Positions 13,053-25,479 of a stretch of DNA of 64,000 bases are shown in pieces. Source of the DNA: the human T2T-CHM13v2.0 reference genome, Homo sapiens; the NCBI RefSeq assembly GCF_009914755.1, contig NC_060947.1; one strand, given 5' to 3'. The number at the start of each line of letters is the position of its first letter. The first letter of the stretch is position 1. Both the position numbers and the translations under genes were made by a program. Under the pieces are notes generated by a model, which saw only the letters and a program-made list of their open reading frames with translations, did no database searches and was not told where the DNA came from.

Positions 13053-13195
13053 GTTAAAACTCTATGCTGGTCATTCCCTTCAGGATTTGGCACTCACCAA
13101 CATACCCTTCTTTCAAGTGAAAAGGCATCTCTTTTAATGGTCCTGACCTTTGGAATAGGAAGCATGTACCCTGGACAGAGCACTTCAAACTAGAG
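13053..13195 (+). other. P2RY10: P2RY10 exon 3 (143 nt, 5' UTR)
   Basis: Acceptor tttttctgcttttcttattag| at 13052/13053 and donor GAG|GTACCA at 13195/13196; agrees with the recalled mRNA leader. Confidence 0.75.
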
Positions 13196-14512
13196 GTACC
13201 AAGAGTAATTACTTCTGTAAGGCTGGCATTGGAGGCACTGGGAATTCTATTCTCACCTCTTTCTGGGTAATTCAAAGCCACAGAAGTACTGACTGAAGTG
13301 AGGTTGTGGGGACATGTATGCCACCTTGAAGTGCATTAAAGAATGGATATAAAGTGAGGAAAAGAAAAAAACTGGTGTAAACAACTATGGAGAGAAGGGC
13401 AGGAAGGCAACAAAGAGCTAGAATAAGGTGCGTAGACAAGAAAATTACTTTGGGAGTTGGAGAGACTTGATGAAAAAGCTCTAGCTGAGAGTGTAGAAAA
13501 CCATGATTTTCTAGGAGTGAAAGGGAACAATCAATGAAAGAGAATCCTGAGGGAGGTTAGAAGAGTGTGATAATTCATCTTGAGCAGCAGGAAGGACAGC
13601 TGTGTTGGGAAGTAAGAAGAGTGCTGCTATAAATAAAATTATGCGTGTTAGAAAAGGACAATAGATGAAGTTGATTTCTTCTCACCTAATAATCTCAATT
13701 TACTCTTTGAGCTGAGGGCTAAAACAAATAGTCTTCCGAGAAAAGTGGTGGATGGGGAGCAGGAGAGAGAGGAAGAAGCTTTAGCAGAATAGAAAAGGGG
13801 CTGATTAGCCACCATGGGAATAGGAGAAGATACTAATCAGGTTCATGCAAAAAGAGGGTAGAGGAAAATAATTTTAGACTGGAGATCATTAATTTCCATT
13901 TGTGCCATTTCAAATACACACTAGTATTTCAACAGGATAATTGAGCCATTTGGATAGTAAGAAAGAAAACCTGTTGTGGACTTAACCTGCGATTAGGGCC
14001 TTGCCAGGCTGGTGTAGCAGGAGAATGGAGAACAAAGAAGTTGTGTATTCTTGTGTAAGAGTGGATAATTTGGCCAACTATTTAATCTGGGTTAGACACA
14101 GGAGGAAATAAGATGAGGGAGGATGCTATGTGAGACTAGGAGAAATGGAAGCATTTAGATATTGAAGGTTTCTGGAAATGTATGGTGCAAGTTAGTATAG
14201 TGCAATTTGTAGTGAAGCTCAGTCATTATGTTAGAGAAAGAAAACCATTTGAAGAGTTAGGAATTGATGAGGGTTGGCAGATAGTACAAAATTGAAAAAT
14301 ACTGGAATAAGAAATAGGTTAATGGATTCAGATTATCAGCAGAAGTGAATGCTGTTAGTTGCTGCATATGAAGTTGCTTTGGAAAAGTGCAAAACTGCGA
14401 TACCTTTTTTATATCATTTCATGTTTTATAAATGAAATCATCTTTGACTCCTCAAGCAGTCTTCAAAATTGCTCAATTCCATATCTGACTTTTACTTTAA
14501 ATTCTAATCTAA

Positions 14513-15032
<520 letters not shown>

Positions 15033-15752
15033 AGCAGCCTGATCTTTCTAAAACACAAGTATGATGATATCGCATCTCTTCACAGAATCCTTTGATGATT
15101 CATCATGAAGTGCATTAAAAATATTTCATTAAAAATCTTTCATGACCCGGTAACTTCTACCTTTATAGTCTCTTTTCCCTTTCACTACCTTCCTTCAATC
15201 ATACCTCCCATTTCACCCTCCCCACCATGTTATCCTATTCACCAGGTGGGATAGAATTATTATTTTTCCTTTAGATATATCATTCATTTTTATACTTTGG
15301 AAACCTTGGATGTTATTTATCCATCCCTGGAAACCTTTCCGATCTTTTCTTCTCCAAAATCCTGCCCATTCCCAAAACTGCTTATTAAAAAATTGACTTC
15401 CAATCTTTCCATTCTATGCAGGCTTTATTTCTGCTTCCACAGAAATGTCTTTGTTACCTCTTTCATGAAATGTTTCTGAAATCCGTTATGGTTAGTTACT
15501 TATGGCTATCACATGTGACTGTAAACTTATTGAAGGCAACAACCATGGATTATTTTTCTCTGGAATTTCCCATTCCACTCCATCATCCTTTGCAATTAGC
15601 ATATAGGACACCCACATAGCAGAATGTCTACTTGGATGAAATCACAAACTGTTAAGATTCAGATGAATTATACTAATAACAACCAGTAAAAACGGTCATG
15701 CTTATGGAGAATTTTTGAAGAGATCAACTTGACCTCACCTTTGAAAGGTCGC

Positions 15753-15963
15753 TAGGATTTAAAGAGAACAATCGATAATTCAGACAAAGTGAGGTTAACT
15801 TTAAGTTTATCTCTTCCCCAGCCACCCTCTTTATTTTTCTCTCCATCAGCGGCAGAAAACGGGGACGGGGTGGAGAGAAAAATAAAGATGGTGATGAGGT
15901 AAGAGATAAAGTTAAAGTTTACCTCACATTTCCTAAAGTATCCATTGTTCTATTTAAATCCTA
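15753..15963. repeat. Long imperfect inverted repeat (93-bp arms, 25-nt spacer)
   Basis: 15753-15845 vs reverse complement of 15871-15963: 78/93 identities, ungapped, counted by hand. Confidence 0.95.
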
Positions 15964-16112
15964 TATGTTATCTTTAGCAGCTAAAATAGTACTGGTATCT
16001 CTCCTAATTAATTCACAGGAATGATGCTGTGCCAACATGAGGGATTCTCATCACCTGTGCCATTCACTTCAATTGTTGCTATTCACTGATTGTGATGTTA
16101 GAGATTTTTAAA

Positions 16113-16643
16113 TGTTACCCCTATGGGGACCATAGGCTCTTGGCCCTCTCAAGGTTTGCTACAAAATCACTGGCATGAGGCAGATTGATTAACATGAGAT
16201 AAGGAATACAAATTTATTTAAAGTATATACACATGAGCCTTCAGAATGAAGACTCAATTTCCCAATAGGTAAGAAAAGCTTATATACCATCTTGAAATTA
16301 CAGAATAAATGTGAACTCAGAGTATGTTCAAAAACAGTTTTTGGTGGCAAGACAAGTTATTGGAGAAAGGAAGTAAGAGGCTTGGTAACAGAGTTGGCCT
16401 TGTTATAGATGAAACCTATGTCAGAGAGAACAGATGGTAAATGTTTCTTTTCCAACTTTTAAAGATGTCAGGCTCAATCTCTCCTGGATCTGAGAAAAGC
16501 ATAGAATGGGGAGGCATGGCTACATTCATGGAGATTCTTTGCAAATGCAAATTTTCCCCACCTCAGTCTGTGAGCCCTGAGGCAATGATCTCAAAATATT
16601 TTAAAGAAATATATTTTAGGGTAAAATATTTTTATTTCCTTCA
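16113..16643 (-). mobile_element. ERV1-class solo LTR (MER39/MER34 group)
   Basis: Right end ctcaaaatattttaaagaaatatattttagggtaaaatatttttatttccttca is the reverse complement of the tgaaggaaat..aaatattttacc start of this LTR group; left boundary approximate. Confidence 0.75.
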
Positions 16644-17319
16644 CCTTTAAAAGATAGGAAGTTTCTCAGGGACACAGATCGTTGTGGATGATTCTATATT
16701 CTCCATAGAACCTAGCAAATAGCTCATAGGATGGGGCTTATTGAATATATACTGATTGAGTGTGGGCTTTAAAGCAGCCAAAGTCCTCAAAAAGCCATGG
16801 AAAAGGAAATAGAGTTATTTCCCTTTATGTTTTCTTTTCAAATGCAGAGAGCTTTAGTGATTACAGACGCAGCCTCCTCACTCCCATGTGTAGGTGGATA
16901 ACAAGTCATTTTCTGATTTCCTTCACAGAATGACAACCAAGAAAAATAAAAGGTTGAGATAACTTTGAAAGCAAATCATGAAGCTGTCCTTTTCTTGAGG
17001 TCCAGATAATAGTATTGATGGTACCCTGAGACCTTGGACTGTGCTAGTTTCTACCCATAGGATATGTCTGACCACCTGTGATTTCTAAATTGATTTCTTT
17101 TCTCTTTTCTCAGGTCTCTACAGGTATTGCTTTTCTGAGGTGAAAAGGATAGGTGCAGGGAATATTGATAGGAGAAGCCCAAGTCAGAAGACAACATTTT
17201 AGGGAAATAGTCGGCATCAGAAATGTACTAGTTGATATATCAAGGTTTTTAATTTATGCTTAATACTTCTAAACAGAAACTTTGAACTATTGTTTAAGCA
17301 GTTCAGTTCAATTATACTT

Positions 17320-18070
17320 TTTATATGTTCTTTGAATGCTTACTAGGCTAGGTCCTGGCTATATGGTGATGAAAAAAGGAGATCTTTTTGTGGCACTGAT
17401 GGACTTAAGAGCACAGTGAGGGTAATAACCAACAAACAAATTAAAAAAAAAAACCCTAAATTACAAATGTTGATGCTAAAAAGAGAAAGAACAGAGAGTG
17501 TGAGAGTGTGTAATGATGTATAGGATTACCTAGATCGAGTGAGTGGTTAAGGTCTCTTAGACCCACAGATTGAGATTAAAAGGAACCAGAGATGTGAATT
17601 TTGTGACCTCAGCACCACTTATTTAACCTCTTTGAGCCTCAATTTTCTCATCTGCAATGTGGAAATAATCACAGGACTCCTGTGAGGATGGATGACATAA
17701 TGAATAAAGTGTTTAGCCTGTAAATAAAAGGCAGCCCTAAATAAGTGGTAGCCATACTTAATGTTAATGTTAGACATGGTATGGAGAATGAACTTTAGGG
17801 GAAGGACTGGAATGTAAACAGTTTAGTAAGGGAGCTGTTGCAATAGCCAATAGGGTTGATGACAGCAGCCTGGATTAGGATGGTGACAGTAGAGGTGGAG
17901 ATAGGTTAGAGAGGATTTTACATGGAAGGAAGAATTACCTGGGTTTTCTGGGTTTTTATTGTCTATGGGAGGAAATATAGTGGCAAAGGTCAGAATTACT
18001 CCCTAATTTCTAGCTTGAGTGTCTGGGAGGGGAGTCAGGTCACTGACTGAAAAGGGAAGCACAGATTCAG
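17320..18070. mobile_element. Degraded L2 (-) pieces interrupted by a MIR (+, ~17600-17760)
   Basis: MIR core acttatttaacctctttgagcctcaattttctcatctgcaatgtggaaataat; L2-like gttgcaatagcc..gcagcctggattagg flank. Confidence 0.6.
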
Positions 18071-18216
18071 GAATGAATCACCAATCCCACATCCCTATGA
18101 GACAGGAACCAAGAATATGTCCAGATTGGAGGGGAGAGAAATTGGCAACACAAAGGGAGCAAACTGCCCACAAGTAGGCAACAATAGAGCCAGACTCATA
18201 GATAGAGGAAGAGAAA

Positions 18217-18218
<2 letters not shown>

Positions 18219-18290
<72 letters not shown>
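18219..18290. repeat. Compound microsatellite (CA)22(GA)14
   Basis: Read directly. Confidence 0.98.
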
Positions 18291-18294
<4 letters not shown>

Positions 18295-19114
18295 TGGGGT
18301 GAGGGAACAGAGAGAAGGAATATACTCTGATTTTAGTCCTTCCATCCAGGATTTTCTTGTTAGTGGCTTCTTAGCTTCTCCTTTCTTATATTTCAGAAAT
18401 GACACAATTGTCCATAGCAAGCTAAGTGTTCCCTCTAAGAGAGTCTATGTTTCTGCTCAACCCCAAATAAATACCTTCTGCCTCTCCTCATCACGGGGAT
18501 TTTACATCTAATGGTCACTAAGAAGATTTGGGGGAAAAAAAGCCCTTCTTACCTTCCCTTCAGTCTGAAGCAAAAAAGAGGTTTTTGGAAACAAGCCATG
18601 CAAATCTCTACGCTCACAATGAACTGTGAATTGCAGAAGCATAAGAACCCACATTTAAAAAATAAAAAAGGTGTAAACTTGACCTCTAGCTTGCTGTTCT
18701 GGCATAATTGGGCTCTGTTATTTAACAGGGAGGTGTGAACAGAACATGCCCATTTTGTAAGTGAAACTTTCTGCACCAGTGAAGCTAAAACAAATAGCCA
18801 TTTCTTTTAAGTGCAAAAGTGGAAGTGTGACTGCAGGAGAGTAAGGTTATGAACAATTCTTAGTTATTGAAATTGTAATGCACTGATGGATCTTTCTTTG
18901 CTCTCTCACTGCCTGTGTGTGGACAATAGTTGATAGTAGAAGCAGTGCCAACACTAAAATCAAAGTAGGTGGTAGGGTGGGAACAGTGTGGCATAAGTAG
19001 GGACAGGTGTTTACTTCTATTCTGATTGTCCAACTAGACGAATTCTAGTGTTATATAAGTTCCTACTATGGGATTAGAATGGTTCTGCCACAATGTGCTC
19101 TTCACATGTCACAG

Positions 19115-19268
19115 TGAAATCGAAATAATGTCTTTTGTAGCAACGTGGATGGAGCTGGAGGCCATTATTCTAAGTGAAGTAACACAGGAGTAGAAAACCA
19201 AAAACCAGGTATTCTCACTTATAAGTGGGAGCTAAGCTATGAGCATGCAAAGGCATGTGGAGTGATAG
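19115..19268 (+). mobile_element. L1 (L1PB/L1MA) 3' fragment
   Basis: gcaacgtggatggagctggaggccattattctaagtgaagtaac..ttctcacttataagtgggagctaagctatgag. Confidence 0.85.
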
Positions 19269-19314
19269 TTAAGACAGCCAAATTCTACTAAGTAGTCTCT
19301 CCTAGTCAGGGAGA

Positions 19315-19560
19315 GGAAAGTGGCATAGTGGAAATACCACACGCTTCAGAGCAAGCCAGGAATGATAGTAAATCCTATCTTTACCATTTTCTAGCTTTGC
19401 TACTTAAGGCAATTTACTGAATGCCTCTGAAGCTCAGTTTTTTCATCTAGATCATAGGGTGATAATAGTTCTTACATCTTAGGACAGTTGTGAAAATTAA
19501 ATTAAATAAATACACCTGAAAACTTCCATTACAGATTTTGGGATACATCCTTGATCGTCA
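19315..19560 (+). mobile_element. MIR SINE
   Basis: ggcatagtggaaa..ggcaatttactgaatgcctctgaagctcagtttttcatc..gttgtgaaaattaaat. Confidence 0.7.
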
Positions 19561-20527
19561 CCACATGATAATTATTTCCTGCCTTTCCATTTGTGAGAGT
19601 CCCTTCCACCCTCCATTCTAAGTAACACATACATAAGCAAGATGACTGCATGACTGTTTAAGATGTATCACAAATAAGAGGGCAAATAGGGAGATGGAAT
19701 AGAATGGGGGAAAGCAAAAGTTTTATTTACAGTAACAGCAGCTCATAACAGCCACACTCTTTTATCTGTGAATTCATCACTTGAGGCTCTGTTTTTGTTA
19801 GCACAGCTCTATTTCCTGGAGCAGGACTTAATATGACAGGAAGCCATTCTGCTACTCATGAGGAGAATCTAAAACCAGGTTACTTCTTTGCTTTTTGTAA
19901 ACTTACTTTAAACAAAACAAAAAAAAAACAATAAACAACAGAAACCCTTCCCCATCTGAGAAACAACCTCAGTACATTGTTTTTTTTCCACTTCTAGCTC
20001 GAAATACAGTAAACATTCCTGCAATATGCACAGAAGGTATGCTTGTGAACTTTGTCATGGGGAGAAAAACAAAGATGAGGAGAAGGGTGTGCATGGAAGC
20101 AAGGTCCCTTGTCCTCCCATTTCGAGTCTCAGATCTTCCATTAATAGCTGTGTGGCCATAATAAACTCCTCTCTCTGGGCCTTGCTTCTATCTATATTAT
20201 GTGGAGAGTGAATTTGATGATTTCCAAAGGTCCTTCCCAGTCTGAAATTCTACAAGATAGTTAAAGCAAAATGAGGAATCTGTTGCTCTCCTACCATTCT
20301 TATCTGCAGGCAATCAGCATAATTCCATGCCTAGCCTCTGATAATCTCTAAAGATTACTCTACTCTCTCTATACCTTAATATAACACATAATAAAAACCA
20401 AACTAAATCATAAAATATGATTAAGGAAGTCCAAAAAAGAAGGAATCTCTTCATAATGATTACTTTAATGAATAAAGAAAGCATTACATTTTAAACTGTC
20501 TTCAAAAATGGTTTCAGTGGCCCTGTT

Positions 20528-20585
20528 TTGCTAGTGCCCAAAGCATTGCTAGTGCCCACAAGCATTGCTAGTGCCCAAAGTATTG
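20528..20585. repeat. Minisatellite, three copies of an 18-19 bp unit TTGCTAGTGCCCA(C)AAGCA
   Basis: Read directly. Confidence 0.95.
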
Positions 20586-21391
20586 TGACTGTTGGATAAT
20601 ATGCCATGTGAATGTTGCCACACCAATACAGGATTCTACTTAGAGGTAGAATTGGTCTTTTCCCCTCCAAGATTATATGAAGGAAAATACTCTATTTTAG
20701 CTTCTAAATTCATGTATTATTAAAGCTTTTTATGTAAATTTGGATACCCAAGCCTAGGGAGAGAGACAAACTGCAGGATAACCTAGAGTCACAAGTTATT
20801 ATGATAGAATAATGAGGCCACATTCTCAGGTCTTGAAGATCAGCCGGGACACTGACAATGCAGGCTTAAGGAGGCAGGACAATTTTTCAAGTGATGGGGT
20901 TCCAAGATAAGAAGCCAGGACCCAAAGAGCAAAATGGCAGACAAAGGACAGGGATGGGAACCTAAAAAGTGAGGTTAAATTTCTACTACTGCAATTAGGA
21001 GTGAGCAGTATTTATTCTAACCAGGGCTTTGGACAAGACAAATTTGGAGTCAAAATAAATATAATCGAATTCTATGCTGTTTTTGCTGTGGTCAGAATAA
21101 AAGATTTAACATTTCAAGACATCTTAGCCTGCAAAATACAACTTAGAGAATCTGGGGTGGAGGGTGCAGTTGTGGGACAATTTTATGGTTCCTTAACTGT
21201 TACATTGGGTGACTTTGGATCAGTACTATATTTTCCTTGAGCCTCTAATTCTTTATATGTAAACATGTCTCTTCTAATTCTAATAGTCTGTGCCTCTGTA
21301 AGTATAAAAGAGAGATCTAGGTGTTAACTAAAGAACTAATTAACCATTTTACTCTTTATTTTGTTTTACTTTGGGCAGGAACCATAAATCC

Positions 21392-22411
21392 ATGGCTAAC
21401 CTTGACAAATACACTGAAACATTCAAGATGGGTAGCAACAGTACCAGCACTGCTGAGATTTACTGTAATGTCACTAATGTGAAATTTCAATACTCCCTCT
21501 ATGCAACCACCTATATCCTCATATTCATTCCTGGTCTTCTGGCTAACAGTGCAGCCTTGTGGGTTCTGTGCCGCTTCATCAGCAAGAAAAATAAAGCCAT
21601 CATTTTCATGATCAACCTCTCTGTGGCTGACCTTGCTCATGTATTATCTTTACCCCTCCGGATTTACTATTACATCAGCCACCACTGGCCTTTCCAGAGA
21701 GCCCTTTGCCTGCTCTGCTTCTACCTGAAGTATCTCAACATGTATGCCAGCATTTGTTTCCTGACGTGCATCAGTCTTCAAAGGTGCTTTTTTCTCCTCA
21801 AGCCCTTCAGGGCCAGAGACTGGAAGCGTAGGTACGATGTGGGCATCAGTGCTGCCATCTGGATCGTTGTGGGGACTGCCTGTTTGCCATTTCCCATCCT
21901 GAGAAGCACAGACTTAAACAACAACAAGTCCTGCTTTGCTGATCTTGGATACAAGCAAATGAATGCAGTTGCGTTGGTCGGGATGATTACAGTTGCTGAG
22001 CTTGCAGGATTTGTGATCCCAGTGATCATCATCGCATGGTGTACCTGGAAAACTACTATATCCTTGAGACAGCCACCAATGGCTTTCCAAGGGATCAGTG
22101 AGAGGCAGAAAGCACTGCGGATGGTGTTCATGTGTGCTGCAGTCTTCTTCATCTGCTTCACTCCCTATCATATTAACTTTATTTTTTACACCATGGTAAA
22201 GGAAACCATCATTAGCAGTTGTCCCGTTGTCCGAATCGCACTGTATTTCCACCCTTTTTGCCTGTGCCTTGCAAGTCTCTGCTGCCTTTTGGATCCAATT
22301 CTTTATTACTTTATGGCTTCAGAGTTTCGTGACCAACTATCCCGCCATGGCAGTTCTGTGACCCGCTCCCGCCTCATGAGCAAGGAGAGTGGTTCATCAA
22401 TGATTGGCTAA
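21392..22411 (+). CDS. P2RY10: P2Y receptor family member 10 (class A GPCR, lysophosphatidylserine receptor LPS2), 339 aa, single coding exon
   Basis: Intact ORF MANLDKYTETFKMGSNSTS..SSMIG with 7 hydrophobic segments; GLLAN (TM1), NLSVADL (TM2), QRC at the DRY position, CFTPYH (TM6), LDPILY (TM7); N-glycosylation sequons NST and NVT; acceptor ttgggcag| at 21378/21379, 13 nt before the ATG. Confidence 0.98.
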   Translation: MANLDKYTETFKMGSNSTSTAEIYCNVTNVKFQYSLYATTYILIFIPGLLANSAALWVLCRFISKKNKAIIFMINLSVADLAHVLSLPLRIYYYISHHWPFQRALCLLCFYLKYLNMYASICFLTCISLQRCFFLLKPFRARDWKRRYDVGISAAIWIVVGTACLPFPILRSTDLNNNKSCFADLGYKQMNAVALVGMITVAELAGFVIPVIIIAWCTWKTTISLRQPPMAFQGISERQKALRMVFMCAAVFFICFTPYHINFIFYTMVKETIISSCPVVRIALYFHPFCLCLASLCCLLDPILYYFMASEFRDQLSRHGSSVTRSRLMSKESGSSMIG

Positions 22412-22682
22412 AATTAAGATATCTCTTTAATTACGCCTTTGTTTACCTACGTTCCTTGTCTTTTTCCAAAGGCCAGAATTGTCAACCAATTTCTTTAATT
22501 GAACATTGTAAAAAACAGGAATAAGTACTTTTGTGTAATATTCACAGTCAACAGGGGTGTGATGGTGAAGGCAGAGTGTGAAAAACGTGAGAGAGGAAGA
22601 GAAAATAGATTTACCTGATTCCTCTTTAAAATTCAAGCCACTTTCTTATTTAAGAAACCTAGATCAAGTTTTTACAGATGTA

Positions 22683-22688
22683 AATAAA
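22683..22688 (+). promoter_or_regulatory. P2RY10: Candidate proximal polyadenylation signal AATAAA
   Basis: First AATAAA after the stop codon, followed by T-rich sequence; actual use not shown. Confidence 0.5.
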
Positions 22689-23007
22689 AGTTGAATAGTT
22701 TACCTTAAATTTTTTTCAATAAGTAAGTTATTGTTAATAATGCACAGTAAATATGTGAATTTTTCCTAGATGTAAAAAAAAAAATCTTTCATATAAAGAC
22801 CTTAAATTCTGAGTGAGAGTAAAAATGTCTAATCTTTCTAACAGGTAAATTTTTCTAACAGGCAAGACAGTGTGAAGAATTGAAGCAATATGTGCATAAA
22901 TTTCAGGACCACAAGCCTGTTATTAAAGAAAAGGCATGGAAATTCATTCATTCCTTGAAAATGTGTTGAGTGCCTATTGTGTTCTTGGTTGTCACTTTGT
23001 TAGGTAC

Positions 23008-23170
23008 TTTCTTTTTTTTTCATAAGTTATTGGGGTACAGGTGGTATTTGGTTACATGAGTAAGTTCTTTAGTGGTGATTTGTGAGATTTTGGTGCAGCC
23101 ATCACCCGAGCAGTATACACTGCACCACATTTGTAGTCTTCTATCCCTCGCCCCCTTCCCACTCTTCCAC
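23008..23170 (-). mobile_element. L1PB1-like extreme 3' end inserted in a MIR (~22945-23290)
   Basis: T-tail then cataagttattggggtacaggtggtatttggttacatgagtaagttctttagtggtgatttgtgag. Confidence 0.85.
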
Positions 23171-25049
23171 ACATAACATCTCATCTTGCCCTCCTAATAA
23201 ACCTGTGGAAGTTGCCGATACAAATGAATAAATGGAACTTCAGAGAGGTTAAGCAATTTGCCTCAGGATCAACAGTGGTTAGCCAAAATTGGTCCAGTAT
23301 AATACACCATATATGCTTATGTTATTCCCTTGCTTTTGTTGTTACATTTATTAGGTCTATACTAAATTAGCCTTCAATGATGAAGACAGACTAAAGCTAA
23401 GCCACATGAGATCAAGGCCATTTCAACATGGTTTGCCTGGAATTCTCCAAAAAACCTGTGGGTTGTGGGTTTGGCATGTCAAGCTTCAGACCACAAGGTC
23501 TTAAGTGGTAAATAGATGCGTTGTCCTAATACTGTTCCAAGGTAGAGAATCCTGATGATAAGGAGTATAGGAAACTCAAATAGTTCATTATTTCTAAAAA
23601 ATGTATATTTTAAGGCATGATACAAGTCCTACAAACCTCATAAGTAGGTGAAAAAAAAAACCCTGTGGAGTGATAAACATTCTATAAAACCTGGAAATTT
23701 GTGTGGAGTTCGCCTAAGCTCACTTTTCCTAAATATAGCTATATAATATTGTAAACAAATTTGTTTTTTAGAAACTTTTAAGAAGATTTCTGTGAGCGTA
23801 ATTGACAATATCTGCATTAGAAACAGAAAGTATTATCCATCATAAATATGAGAAAAGTGTGTGTCCTCTTTCTGACAATCTTTTTATCTTATTTTTTTCA
23901 AACGTTGTGGTTGTTGTTTCAGCACCATTTTAAAGAATTTGAATACAAACAATCCCTCAGCTTATCAGGTTGACATTTATGAAGCTGACCTCATCACTCT
24001 TTATCTTTTATGTCTGCAGTATAAATAGCATAGACATTTGGTGTGAAGGGAGGAGAAAGGAAGTAGTAGTTCTGAGAATATTCATTTGAACAGCGTGACT
24101 ATGGAAGAATGAATAGCAAAAAAAGGAGAATTTTTTTAAAAAGATCTCTCACTGGGAAAAGAAAAAGTTATGCATTTATAAAGTAATTAAACTGGTTTTC
24201 CTTGTACTTTATTAATCTGAATCTAATGGCACTTCCTTACGAGGGTTTTCAGATGTGCTTGTAGTTAATGGCAACATTATCAGAATGACTACACAGACAG
24301 TCCTACTCTGAGGAGATGACTTTGGAAGAAACCCATTTGGAACTACACACCCTGCTATGTCTGTGGAGAAATGGAACTGCAATCCTCAAGAGTCACACTT
24401 CATATTCCTTCCTTTCAAGTGGTTGATAAAAGGTAGTGCTTCAAGCACAGGATTTATGGAATAGTTGGCAAATTAAACAACATGCTTTTTATTTTGACTA
24501 CCATTTAAGTGGAATCTTTGAACTTTTTTTTTGACATGTGAATCTCTAATGTGGTGAGAGAGAAAAACATAAAAATATAAAAACATTCAAGCAATCGACT
24601 ATTGGTTCTTTCATTTTAAAGGGGATATCTTACATAATGTCAAAGGAAAATGTGACAGTGCTTCAGCTGATGGCAGAGCAGTGCAAGAAATCGTGAAATT
24701 GCTTTAAGGTATTACAATAAACAACAATTTTAACAGTTATTCCTATGCTTGTCACAGGCACACAATTTGAGACAAACAAGACATCAAAACATACATCCTT
24801 GAATTAGTTTTTCAAAAAGTCAACACTAAAGCTGAACATTCCCCCCGAATCTCTGCAAGGCACTTACCAAAATCCACATAGAACCCATTCAGTATCTCAT
24901 AACACTGATGAAAGACTGTTTAAACTTCTGAGAGTTTTGGCAAAAATGGGAAGGAATTTAGCAAAAATGGGAGAAATATAACCTTTGCAACAATTTATAT
25001 GACCTTAAATGCCATTTATGCATGACTGGATATGCTGTTTCTCCTTACA

Positions 25050-25400
<351 letters not shown>

Positions 25401-25479
25401 TTAAATACTACCACAGAGTATAGGTATAACATTTGCCACTGATCAAATGAATTACCCTTATAAAATATGTGTTCTGAAG

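Noticed and set aside
13300-14350. Purine-rich stretch, possibly an ancient L2
   Set aside because: Too degraded to call by eye
20528-20585. CRISPR-like short repeats
   Set aside because: Head-to-tail tandem copies with no spacers, no cas genes, mammalian context
21371-21391. 346-aa ORF start given in the track
   Set aside because: Begins at a TTG inside the intron acceptor; the first ATG is 21392
21356-22252. Antisense ORFs of 94, 127 and 112 aa over the CDS
   Set aside because: Shadow frames of the coding strand with no recognisable domain
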